Shown here one piece after another: positions 41,516-53,824 of a DNA stretch of 64,000 bases. A model generated the notes under the pieces. That model did not search any database. It had not been told where the DNA came from and saw only the letters and a program-made list of their open reading frames with translations. The translations under genes and the position numbers were made by a program. The stretch's first letter is position 1, and each line of letters begins with the position of its first letter. This DNA is from Strigamia acuminata (lineage: Eukaryota). The stretch spans positions 16,430,001-16,494,000 of the forward strand of contig OX442314.1 in NCBI GenBank assembly GCA_949358305.1, written 5' to 3'.

Positions 41516-42280
41516 CAGGGTGTCCTAAAAGTCTGGTTCCCTCCAAATATTTCCCGAGCAATTGCATCTAGGTTAACTTTGATGAAGCGATTGTATAGAA
41601 AGTTGGGTGAGAGCAATCCAATGACGTCATCAAATTTAACCTTGAAGGTCATTTTCAAGGTCATTCACTTGCTAACTTCTAAACCAATCAGGTTAGAGCA
41701 AAAAAGTCAATTACAAAGTTGTAGAGCACCATCAAATTAGTACTATCCAATTTATCTTAGTCATCTTAAGTCAAATGTTTTCTTTTTAAAAAGGAGGCAA
41801 ATCAGAAAAAAGATCCGCAAAGTGAAATTTTTTATTCTTGTGATAAAATAATTATTGAGGCATTAAAAAAAGGCAGTGGTTTTTCTTGTTTACTGGCATA
41901 ATAATGCACATTTGAATACGTTTATTTAAGTAATTCAGTATTTTTCTAATAGAAATTTAAGTTTTGTCACAATGACTGACTTTATTTCAGCCGATTTGTC
42001 TCCTTTTTAAAAAAAAAACATTTAACTTAAGATGACTAAGATAAATTGGATAGTACTAATTTGATGGTGCTCTACAACTTTGTAATTAACTTTTTTGCTC
42101 TAACCTGATTGGTTTAGAAGTTAGAAAGTGAATGACCTTGAAAATGGCCTTCAAGGTCAAATTTGATGACGTCATTGGATTGCTCTCACCCAACTTCCTA
42201 TACGATCGCTTCATCAAAGTTGGCCTAGATGCAATTGCTCAGGAAATATTTGGAGGGAACCAGACTTTTAGGACACCCTG
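41516..42280. mobile_element. Tc1/mariner-type MITE, 765 bp, with ~290-bp TIRs and TA target site
   Basis: TA-CAGGGTGTCCTAAAAGTCTGG ... CCAGACTTTTAGGACACCCTG-TA; arms ~41516-41803 and ~41993-42280 are near-identical; absent from the homologous region upstream of copy 4 (~47335). Confidence 0.93.
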
Positions 42281-42711
42281 TATATGAATCGCGCAGATAC
42301 AAAATTTTCATCGAGTCAAAAGAGATAAAGAAAGAGATGATGCATTTTTAAAACATCATTCAATGTTGTTTTTTTATTTTTTATATTGTTTTTTTTATTT
42401 TTTTTAAATATAAATTTTGCTTGTGAAACGCAGCAAAATATAAACACTAAAATCGTACTCCATTTATCAATTCCATTTTATAGTTATTTTATAGTTAAAA
42501 ATAATTTTTCTAATGCCCGATGATTATTGTGGTGAAAGGCACAACAGGTCAATTAACATCAAGATAACAGTGTACAATACCGGAACAAAGGTAACAATTT
42601 TTCAGTGTATGTGTAAAAACAATTGCTCCATGATAAGACGTTTCAGTCAATAGCGCAATATCTTCCATAAAAAAAGCACACATGCCATATTGCATGTGTC
42701 ATCAATGTTTT

Positions 42712-42952
42712 CAGGGCCGTTCCTAGTGAATATCTGTGGTGAGGCGAGCATTAAAAATGCCGCCCCCCCCCCCCCAAAAAAAAAAAAAAAAAAAAAAAAC
42801 CTATTTCTGAATACGTCCGAAAATATTTTTGAAAAAAAAAAAAAAAAAAAAACAATTTTTTTTTTTTTTTTTTTTTGGCCAAAATTGCCGCCCCTGTCAG
42901 TGTGCCGCCCTGAGGCGGCCGCCTCTTTGCCTCATAGGTCGAAACGGCCCTG
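42712..42952. mobile_element. hAT-type MITE, 241 bp
   Basis: CAGGGCCGTT...AACGGCCCTG TIRs with a perfect 8-bp TSD AATGTTTT (42704-42711 and 42953-42960). Confidence 0.92.
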
Positions 42953-44074
42953 AATGTTTTGCAACAAAATACTGCTGCATACAGGAGAAAACAACCAAAG
43001 GAATGGCTTTTAAGATTTCACTCCTCTTGGAGCAAAAAGTGAAATTACATGTTTTTGTTGGTAAATGTACTTACAAATAGGCTAAGATTGTTATTGAAAT
43101 ACTATTTCGGTTCACAAAAAGACCATAATTCTTTTTACATTTAAATTAAAAAGATGTTTCAAATTTTATTTTTAATTTTTCACAATATTTTGCTTTTCAA
43201 ACCTTAAGGTATTTTTATACCGTCACAATGTTACTGTAGATAATCAATTTTTATTAAAATTCATCATGATGATTCTCCCACTCTTCCAATATCATATCAG
43301 CTGTCTTTTCACTTATCATAATTGAAGGCACCATCGTATAACAGTAGGACAAATTGATGCATCGGCTACGCGAAGCCCTTTAACCCCATAAACCCTACAA
43401 GTAAATAATCATAATAAAAGTTTTCAAATAACATTTACTCCTATGAAATGTCAACACAAACCTAAGTTTTGAATCAACCACAGCTAAACGATCAGTTTTT
43501 GGTCCCATTTTGCACGTGCCGGATTAATGAAAAAACCCGTACGTGTAATGCCGAATGTAGCACTTTAAATACTCGTCAGACAATTCCTCGTACATTTTAC
43601 ATCCGGGAATTACGTATCCGTGCCATTTTGTACCCAATTTAACAAACGGTTCAGTCTTCGTTAAATTAAAATGCTTTTTTATTTAAATCGCTTATACTTT
43701 TGAATCTCCAGATTTTTTTAATTTTTAGGAGAAAAATTGTCTTATAGCAGAACAAGGAACAGCTAGCTAATCCCAGGCCCTATGGTAGTCGGTACTTGGA
43801 TCGTTGGATGGCTTACTTACTGGAATCCCAGTTGTTTTGCAAGCTTGTCTATTTTCAGATAATGTTTCTGTAGCAAAAACATCTTTCATCCATATTAAAA
43901 CTAAAATTGCCATTGTTTCCCCAATTTTCAATTGTATAAAGAAAAATATTGATCAGAATAAAAATTATAAATGTAGAGCTTAATTTAAAATTTCACACCA
44001 GCTTAAAATCATACAACAAAATCATTTGTTTTGCGTTTCTATTAAGTAATAACACATTCATTTTCTTGTTTCTT

Positions 44075-47000
44075 TTATAAAAATAATTTTTCTAAAGCCA
44101 AAAAAGGGGCCTCGAAAAAAAGAGAAATAAAAATTGCAGAAAAGTAAGAACAAGCTGTACTTGCAAAAAAGATAGCAAGCTAAAAATAATAGAAAGAAAT
44201 TAAATAAACACTTAAAAATTACAAGATATTCATGACTAACCATTTGTAAATGTGAAAAATGTGGAGGTACTTCTTGACCCAAAAAGACAGAGGAATTATC
44301 GCAGGGTGAATTAAGTAGGTACAATACGTTAAACGTCCAAATGGTTGCCAAAAAGGCCAAGATAAAATCCTGTTCACCACACCTTCATATTTAAAAAAAT
44401 AAAAATAGAACTACGGTAATTTCTCAATTAAAATATTTAATTTTATCATACCTCCATATCCATTACAACATGAGAAAATTGTCCACGCCAAAGCCACTGC
44501 CCACGCCGATCGCGACAATGCAAGATACAATGATGCAACATCCTGAGTCATTACAGCATGGTATGTACCAAACATTACAGCAGAACTTAATCCAACTGCA
44601 GTCAACCATCCCGCACCAACCACTAGCTAAAACTAATTTAAATTTGATTAATAATAATAATAATACTACTACTAATAATAATTCCACGAATTTACTTTTT
44701 GCAATTTTGCTTTGCATTTGTTTCTGTGCAATAAATATCCACATATCATTCCGATGATGTAAGGAGCTATGCGACAATATGGCTTTTCATTTACTTTGTC
44801 GAAAGTATCACTAAATTTCCGATAATATAAAAAACAAATATAAAAAATTTAAGAAAACTTACCTTGTTGGATTATTTCCAATGTGGTAATGTGTTGCGAT
44901 GGCACCAGTAGCTATCCAATTTCAGAGAATTAAACAACCAGCAAAAATTGCTGAAATGGATAAATTTCTACAAATAATTAGATGTATATTATAGCAGGTA
45001 TTAGATACCATATAGTAAATAAGAATAATGAGCATCAGTTTGTAATACCTAGTTATAAATATTAAAATAAGTGGACTGATTATATAAAATTGCATGTCGT
45101 TAGCCAAATACAAGTACCACGTGTGACCCATGCACTATAATATACATTTAAAAAAAAATAACTAAATTCAATTACCATAATATAAATCACTTGAATCATT
45201 TTATACGAACCAAATTACTAAAATCGATGAAGTTGTTAAAATACAATAAATTCGCCCACCAATAATTGTCGCAATTTTTACCACCCAACCCCTGTTCAGG
45301 CCAAAATGGACCATCAATATAATACAGAGATAAAATGTTGAAAAAAAGAAATAAAACCACAGCATAAACAGGTGTCAATCTGAAATAAAATATCAAAGAT
45401 AAATAAAACATCCCAGAGGATTCTAATTCCTACAACCAATATCGATGAAAATAAAATTTTAACCATGAAATTTTCCCATTTGTTCTTTCATATTCTTTAA
45501 GATACAAATATGTCACCAATAATCCACTGAGACGAAACAACAAAGATTAAACGAATGATTATCATTATTTTTAATGTTATAATTATAAACTACAAACCTT
45601 AAAACGAAAAACGTATCTACTGAAAACACTGCCTGCAAAATTAATAAATACGAAAAACTATTCATCCAATTTATTGGAACCAATAAATTATCTGAAATCA
45701 AAATAGATCCTCAACTTTTCTAATTCCGCATAAATGTCAAATTTTACCTGTTGATAGAGCCCCCGAGAAGTAACTATGACCTAAAATGATCCAAAACATG
45801 CTAATTACCCGAATACCGTTTATGCACATGAGTGAGTTGTCTCTTGGCTCGGTATTAAATAATTTATATCCATTTGTATATAATGAGAAACACAGAAAAA
45901 TCTTTCCACAAATACCTAAAACAATTACAAACGTGAAAAATAAAATAACCCTACAAAATTAAATTTACCATTGCATGCTGATTTCCTTTTATTATCATTA
46001 ATAATCAGTGAAGTATTATCCTCATTTATTTCTACTTCTGCTTGTGTTTCGATTTCTTGCGACAATTTATTTCGAGTAGTAAACACTTCTTTTGCAATGT
46101 TTTCGGAGTGTGGCGAATTTAACGTTGATGAATGTACGTACACATCGTATAAGGTACCAGATAGAATTATTGCAGTCATCAAAAAACAAAAAACTCTACA
46201 CAAAAATAATAGCTATTGGTATACTTAAAAAAGAAACAAACTTTTTAAATTGTGTACAAACAAATAACAGCTCGTTGGTCATCCCAAATATCACGACTTG
46301 GTTGAACACAACTACTCGACAGAACAACTGAGTGATTAAGTTTTGGAATAGCTAGAACATTGTATTTAAATCAGCACATTAATTTGTCATGTCATATCAA
46401 ATTACCATTAATATCAGCCAATAGAGCATTTAAATCCTCAACACTGCACGAATTTGGTATACAAACTGCAGTACGTAAGTTAATATTTAGTCCAGCCTAA
46501 ACAAGTAAAATTAGATAAGCATTTATAGTTTCTTTTCAAGTTATTACCGCAATTTGCTGCTGTGTGGCTGCAGTTATCCAACAATACCGCCCATGAAACG
46601 GATCTGTGAAGTTGCGATAAGGTGGACCTTGAATAACGCCATTGCAGAGGGAGAAACTGCCTGGCCAAATCATATTTCCTTGAGAAATTCCACTCCCTAT
46701 GTTTCCATAAGCATCAAGCACTGTGTGTGCGCAAAATAAAAAGAAAATTAAATGAAAAATCGATGGTGCAAACTTAAATTATTACTTTTCCAAGCCCATC
46801 CTTTGCCATCAACCAAGCCAGATGCAAATTCTATGACATTTTGGAGACATTCGGTAGAAACATTCGAGTTATTGTAAATTTGTAACTTGTCTAAAGCCAA
46901 TTGAGGTGTATTGAAAATACTGTATGGTTCCATCTCGTGGTCAGTCTTCAACACGCTGGACTTATTATCCTGTTTGATTTCATTCAGTAGGTTCACTATT

Positions 47001-47095
47001 GTGTGTACCGGTATATTGAAATTCTGTGAATTATCAGCTGCTTTAACTTCAAGGTTAAGGCTGACTAAAAAAATTAAACCCGTAATTATCAACAT
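44075..47095 (-). pseudogene. NRF-6-like copy 4, frameshifted near the C-terminus (or assembly error)
   Basis: Segment at ~44281-44309 is 29 bp versus 30 bp in copies 1, 3 and 5; 6-bp duplication gives HTWYLYLAND. Confidence 0.65.
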
Positions 47096-47765
47096 AGTTC
47101 TACAACTACAATATTCTGCCTCCAGCTGATGTACTGTATAAGCTTATATGTAAAATTGATGTCTGTCACATGAGCAAATTAACGGGTAATTCAAGATAAT
47201 CGCGAAAGGAAGTAAATTTTTTTTGGTAGAGATAAAACCTAATATTTCGTGATAAGAAGTTTCTGCTAAAAGCAACATTTTCCACGAAAGTTGCATGAAC
47301 TATCATATGTGTCCATTAATCAGTCAGTTGATTGTTACTGAATCATGCAGATACAACTTTTCATTGATTCAAAGGAGATGGAAGCAAAACACAAAATCTT
47401 TCCTAACTGCAACCCTTTTGGAAAAATATTCTAAAAATGTTTTTAAAATGTCATTCAATGTAATTTTTATAAATGTTCCTTGTAAAACGCAGTAAAATGT
47501 AAACACTAAAATCGTAGTCCATTTATCAATTCCATTTTATGCTTTCATACATTTTCAATCAATTCCTTTTACAAAAATAATCTTTCTAATGCTTGATGAC
47601 TATTATGAGGCACAACAGGTTAATTAGTAAACTATAAAACTATAATAACTATAATATAATAACTATAATACATCAAGGTAATCAGTGACAAAGATATCAC
47701 GTTTCAGTCAATAATGCAATAGTTTTCATAAAATAAGTAGTCAGAACCGCAGCATATATCATTAA

Positions 47766-48112
47766 ATCTCTCCTTTTTTTCCATTTGGACTCTGGAAATG
47801 ACTTAAAAACACGTCATCGATTCTAAAGGAAACTGGCAATCGGGTCACGTTCAAAATGTTCGTTTTTATCGTAAAACAAACGTTTTCAATGTTTTCATCA
47901 TGAAAAGTTGAAAACAAACTTAAACCGAACATTTTCATCATAAAAACGAACGTAAAATAAACGTTTTCATCATGAAAACGAACATTTTGCATGTTTCATG
48001 ATGTTTCATGATGCATGCGTGTAATAACCCAAAAGAAAAATGCAAAAAAAAAGAAAAGTACCTTTTGGATGAGTTGTTTTACGTCATTTCCGGTGTCCAA
48101 AAGGAAGAAGAG
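47766..48112. mobile_element. Degenerate TTAA-flanked (piggyBac-like) MITE
   Basis: TTAA at 47762 and 48113; imperfect ~55-bp inverted ends (TTTGGACTCTGGAAATGAC / GTCATTTCCGGTGTCCAAA); internal TTTTCATCATGAAAA repeats. Confidence 0.55.
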
Positions 48113-48475
48113 TTAAGATTTGTCTTTCCTTTCGCAAATTGAACACATCTAACGATTTTCAACAAAATTTTTCTGCATATACAGTAGGAGAAAATAACCA
48201 AACGGGGTAGCTTTCAAGTGTGAACCACGCATTAGAGCTTTCCTCACTTAATTGTCTCACTTCATAAAAATAGTCCATGCCAATTCAGCATAATTTACTG
48301 TTGTATCACCACTAAATAACAATCGAGTAACTTAAACTTAAATAAAAACAAAACTTGGAATAACATGACTCTTCCACGAAATTTAAAAAAAAATCATACA
48401 AGCGCAAAGGTTTCCTTTGGCTTTGCGTAGAATAAAAACACAATTTCAACATCAGTCATTTTCATTTCATTTCTT

Positions 48476-51400
48476 TCATAAAAATAATTTTTCTAAAGCC
48501 AAAAAGGGAGCCTCGAAAGACAGAGAAATAAAAATTGCAGCAAAATAAGAACAAGCTGCACTTGAAAAAAATATGGAAAACTAAAAAAAAAAAAAAAAAT
48601 CAATTCAGTAAAACTTTAAATAATTACTACGAAGAAAAGTTGCTACGACTAACCGATTGTATATGTGAAAAATGTGCAGAAATTTCTAGACCCGAAACAA
48701 ATAAAGGAATTATGGCAAGATGTATTAAGTAGGTGGAGTACGTTAAACGTCCAAATGGTTGCCAAAAAGACCACGATAAAAAACTATTCACTACACCTTA
48801 ATATTAAAAGAAAATAAAAGCATTTGTACAATCATTAAAATACTCAATTACAAGTCATACCTCCATATCCATTACAGCATGCGAAAATCATCCAAGCCAC
48901 AGCCAGAGCCCACGCTGATCTAGAAAGGGCGACGTACAGCGATTGCTCACCTTGATTCAGGTCAACATTGTAAATGCCAAACATTACGGCAGAACTTAAT
49001 CCAAAAGCAGTCACCCACCCAACGGTAACTACTATCTAAAAAGAATTAAAGGTTACTCAAAATATGAAAAGAAAAGAAAATTTTACAAGTGATACCTTAT
49101 TTAATTTTGCTTCGCATTTGCTTCTGTGTAATAAATACCCGCATATCATTCCAATAAGGTAAGGAGCAATCCGGCAATATGGCTTATCGTATACTTGGTT
49201 CATGGAATCGGTATTGGCATTACTACATCAAAATTGAAATGGAATTAAAAAGTTACAAATATTTTTATTTTAAAACAAAACTCACTTTGTTATCGAAGTT
49301 GAAATATGGTAATATGTTGCAATAACACCAGTAGTTATCCAACTTGCAAGAATTAACGAACCAACAATAATTGCAGAAACTGATACATAGCTGCAATTAA
49401 CAATAAAATAAGTACGGAATACTAATTAAAAAAATTAATAAGTACCTACTTAGTTATAAAAATTAAAATAATTGGACTGATTATATAAAATTGCATGTCG
49501 TTTGCTAAATACCAGGTGTGGCCCATACACTAATAATAGTACATAATTTTAAAACTACTAAATTGTATTTTTGTTATGTAAATCATTTAAATCAATTTAT
49601 ACGAACCAAATCACTAAATTCCATGAAGTTGTTGATATACAATAAATTCCACCACCAATATTTGTCGCACTTGTCGCCACTCACTCCCTGCGCTGACCAA
49701 AACGGACCATTGATGTAATATGGAGATAAAATATTGTAAAACAGAAACAAAACTACAGCGTAAACAGGTGTCAATCTAAAATAAAATATCAAAAATAAAT
49801 AAATAAAACAAATCACAGAATATTATAATTCCTACCTCCAATAACGATGAAAATAAAACTTCACCCATGAAATTTTCCCATCTCTTTTTTCGTGTTCTTT
49901 AATATACAAATACGTCACCAATAATCCGCTGAAAAAAACATACGTCATGTATACAATATTCTTTACAATTGTCAAGCACAACGAACCTTAAAACAAAAAA
50001 CGTGTCGACTGAAAATACCGCTTGTTCGATGAGTAGAAACGAAAAAGTAGAAATCCAATTTAACGCAACCAAAGCGTTATCTGAAATTATTTAACACCAA
50101 TTCTGCTATTATTATAAGTTCTTACCTTAAAAAAAAAAAATATTTCACCTGCTGACATAGCACCCATCATATAACTGTGGCCTAAAATAATCCAAAACAT
50201 GCTTATGACGCGAATACCATTTATGCACATAAGAGAATTGTCTCTCGGCTCGGTATTAAATAATTTAGACGCATTTGTATAAAATGAAAAACATAATAAA
50301 ATCTGCCCACAAATACCTAAACAAAATATTAGAATATTGAAAAACTAATGTGTGTAAAAACAAACATTAACTATACCGGGTTTCCTTTTATTATTCTCGA
50401 TAATCAATGGATTATTATCCGCATATAATGACGATGAATGAATTCCAGTCTCAGTTTCGACTTCGTAGGACAAATTATTTTGATTCAGAGCTTCCACCAC
50501 TTCTTTCTTTTTTACATTTTTGGATTTTTTATCAGAAAATTGTGTGTACAAATCATACAAAGTTCCAGTTAGAATTATTGTAGCCATGAATAAAGCGAAA
50601 CCTCTAAGGAATAAAAATTCCTTTAGATATATTTAATAATTAATTATCTACCTTTTTAAGTTTCATACAAACAAATAACAGCACGTCGGTCATTCCAAAT
50701 ATCACGGCTTGGTGGAATACAATCACTCGACAAAGCAATCGAGTGATTAAGTTTTGGAATAGCTGCAACAACAGATTTATATCAGTATAAAATATTTCAT
50801 TAATCATTACAAATTACCATTGATATCTGCCAGTAATATATTTAAATCATTAGGAGCGCATGAATCAGGTACACAAACTGCAGTTCGTAAGTTAGGAGCT
50901 TGTTCAAACTAAATAAGTAAATAATGATTAAATATCTTTAAAAATTATCATGAATCACAATATTACCGCAACTTTATGCATAAAATCTTTTGATGGGGTT
51001 GCTATTATCCAACAATACTGACCCAAAAACGGCTTTGTAGAGTTGCCATAAGGTAGGCCTTGAACTACGGCATTGCAAACGGAGAAACGGCCAGGCCAAA
51101 TAATATTTCCCTGAGAAATTCCACTTCCTATTTTTCCATAGGCATCAAACACTAAAACAAAAACAAAATGTAAAAATAAAATGCCAAAAATGTTTAATCT
51201 AAAAAATTACTCTTCCAAGCCCATCCTTCTCGACCGGCCAAAGCAACAACAAATGCTAAGAAATCTTGTACACATGTTACAGAAACATTCGGGTTATTGT
51301 AATTTTCTAACTTTTCTATGGCAAGTTGAGGTGTTTTGAAAATACTATATGGTTCAATCTCATGGTCTATCTTCAACAGGTTGGAGTTGTTGGAAGTTCT

Positions 51401-51517
51401 GTGTTCATGGACGACTTTAGCCAATTTCTCTGGGTTAAAATTCTGTGAAATGTCAGCTGCCTTAACAACAAGGTTAACATTGATGAGAAATATTAAACTC
51501 GGAATTAAAAACCACAT
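48476..51517 (-). CDS. NRF-6/O-acyltransferase-like copy 5, no lesion seen
   Basis: MWFLIPSLIFL signal peptide, FDAYGK, HTWYLANDMQ, YDKPYCR, FEAPFLALEKLFL*. Confidence 0.88.
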
Positions 51518-53824
51518 AATTGATCGCTTCAAGTGATGTGTAAGTAAATATGCTGCTTTCAGCTTTCCCAATTTCAGTAAAATTTATTATCATATGACAA
51601 CGGCAACGAAAAGTCACGTGATAAATTTTTTCGTTTTAATCAATGTTCAAAAACCGTGTGATGAAAGCTGAACGGCGACCTGATTGGTCCAGATAACCAC
51701 ATTGTAGATAAAACAGCGGATGGAGTTGAGGTCACATTTCGATTTCGTCACAACCCCATCACTTCCTGTCAAAAAAATGGACGGAACTGATGTCATTAAC
51801 CTCCATCAACTGCCCGATCAGTTACTAATTCTCATGCGTTGGAATCACATGCAAAAAAACCTATAGAAATGATAACAAAAATTATCAATCTGCTAATCAA
51901 TTATCTATTTTCAAGAATATTGCAAAACATAACGAAAGACTGTTTTAACAAACAATTCCTAGAAACAATTCCTAGAAGTAAAAAAGAATTTATTTGGTTC
52001 ATTATTTTGTATAGAATTACTCTTATTATTTTTTAAAAACACCTTTTCATACAATAGGCCCATACTTTTAAGCAATGTGGACTAAATCATTTTTCTACGT
52101 AATTTATAAACCACATTTGAAAATATATACTGAGAAAAAGATACGGGTAAACAAGTATTTGATGGCTATCCCACCTGTCATGTCATTAAGCTATTCACAT
52201 AATCAAATGAGTTATGTCGCATGCTTAGCACCGAATTTATTTACTCTAGTATATTACATCATGGTATTCCATATAAACCTGTCAATACCGTGAGGAGTGT
52301 CAGCTGTGTGTACTACACATTGAAGAATAAACTCAGCACGCAATCTACCAACACAAAAAAGTTTATAAAAGCAGCGGCTAATCAAAAAACATCCACTTTT
52401 CGCAAATACCAAACGCAAACATGCTGCTTAAGGTTTATTTCAAATAGAAATTAATCGCTCAAGTCCCACTTAAACTTCCAACTTCTCAATTGTTTTGTTT
52501 CAGTTATTCGTCTACTTAATGCTCATTGCGCTAATGTTGCTGCAATACAACGCCGTACTGGGGTATGTTGACTATACGAATATACTATTGCATTTTTTTT
52601 GCTTTCGTATTTTTATTTTTATTCCATCATGATTTGAAACGGCTTTTAAAATGTTAGAAAACGATCCAGAAATTGATTTTTTTTAAATGTTGTGTAATTA
52701 CTAACAGAATTTTAGACTCGTAACACTTGTTGCAATTTTTGAAATACCTTCACTATTTATCAAAGCTGATAAAATTAAAAATAAGTCACAATATTAATCA
52801 AAATGTAACAAACCTCATGTAACCATGATGTGAATCTGTGAATGGCTCATACTTTTAATGAAATTCATATTTTTTTCATTTGCAGGTGCGTGCCATCAAA
52901 AAGCGGCTGCACAACAAGTGGATTGGGATGTTGTTTTGGTAATTGCAATTGCAATGGATTGTCCTGCACTTGCCCATGAAATTAAAACAATAATCCAATG
53001 TACGTGATTCTGTAAGGTGAAGAGTGAAAATAATGTCAAATTTATAACTCGTGAATAAAAAATTCATAAATTATACATTTTTAATAAATACCTTGACATA
53101 TTACACATCGGTTCAGCACACATTTTCTTGATTTACCGCTGGCATTGCTTGCATAATCTCAGGATCTCTTAATTCTTAGTGCTGGATTTTCTGTAGATAA
53201 CACTGCAGTCAAAGTTAATGTGAAAAAAATATAAATAATTACTGCATTGCAAGAAAAGCAATGTTTGCATACTGGGTGTTTATTTGAACATCACTTTCGG
53301 TTCCCTAACTTCGGTGCCCCACAATTGAGAGGCCTTCCTACGCTTTAGCCGAGTGGTAGCCCTGGCACTAAGCAAATATTATGCATTGACATTCAACTCG
53401 AGGTTAAAGGTCATATCTGATGTCAACATTAAATTCGCCACCTCAACATTCCTACTTGGTTGTTCAATTGCTTTTTTGTCATTTCATTGACGGCCTGTTC
53501 ACTTTATTCGCACTCAAATGATGTAAATAAATACATCATAAACAAGTGGCTCCATCTTGGGAGCTTTACTCTAACTTGTAAGTTTATTCCAATTTCAGCA
53601 TTCCAGCCGGTTTTTTAATTTATTATGGTCGGTTGTACAGGAAAAAGTTTACAATCTAGTTTAAGATCATGATGGTAGAAAAAACACTTACTTTTATGCT
53701 GAAGTTGTTGTTTTTCAACTGATCTCTGTTCTTGTAAAACACCCACGCTATGTTTTCAGTCAAGGCTACTTGTTTTTCCGGAAATGGGTAAATGGAAAAG
53801 GTGATACAATTGCTATTATAAGTA

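Noticed and set aside
42690..43080. Poly-Pro/Lys/Phe ORFs
   Set aside because: Translations of homopolymer runs inside the hAT MITE.
53340..53375. tRNA/SINE A-box-like TAGCCGAGTGGT
   Set aside because: No suitably spaced B box or cloverleaf visible.
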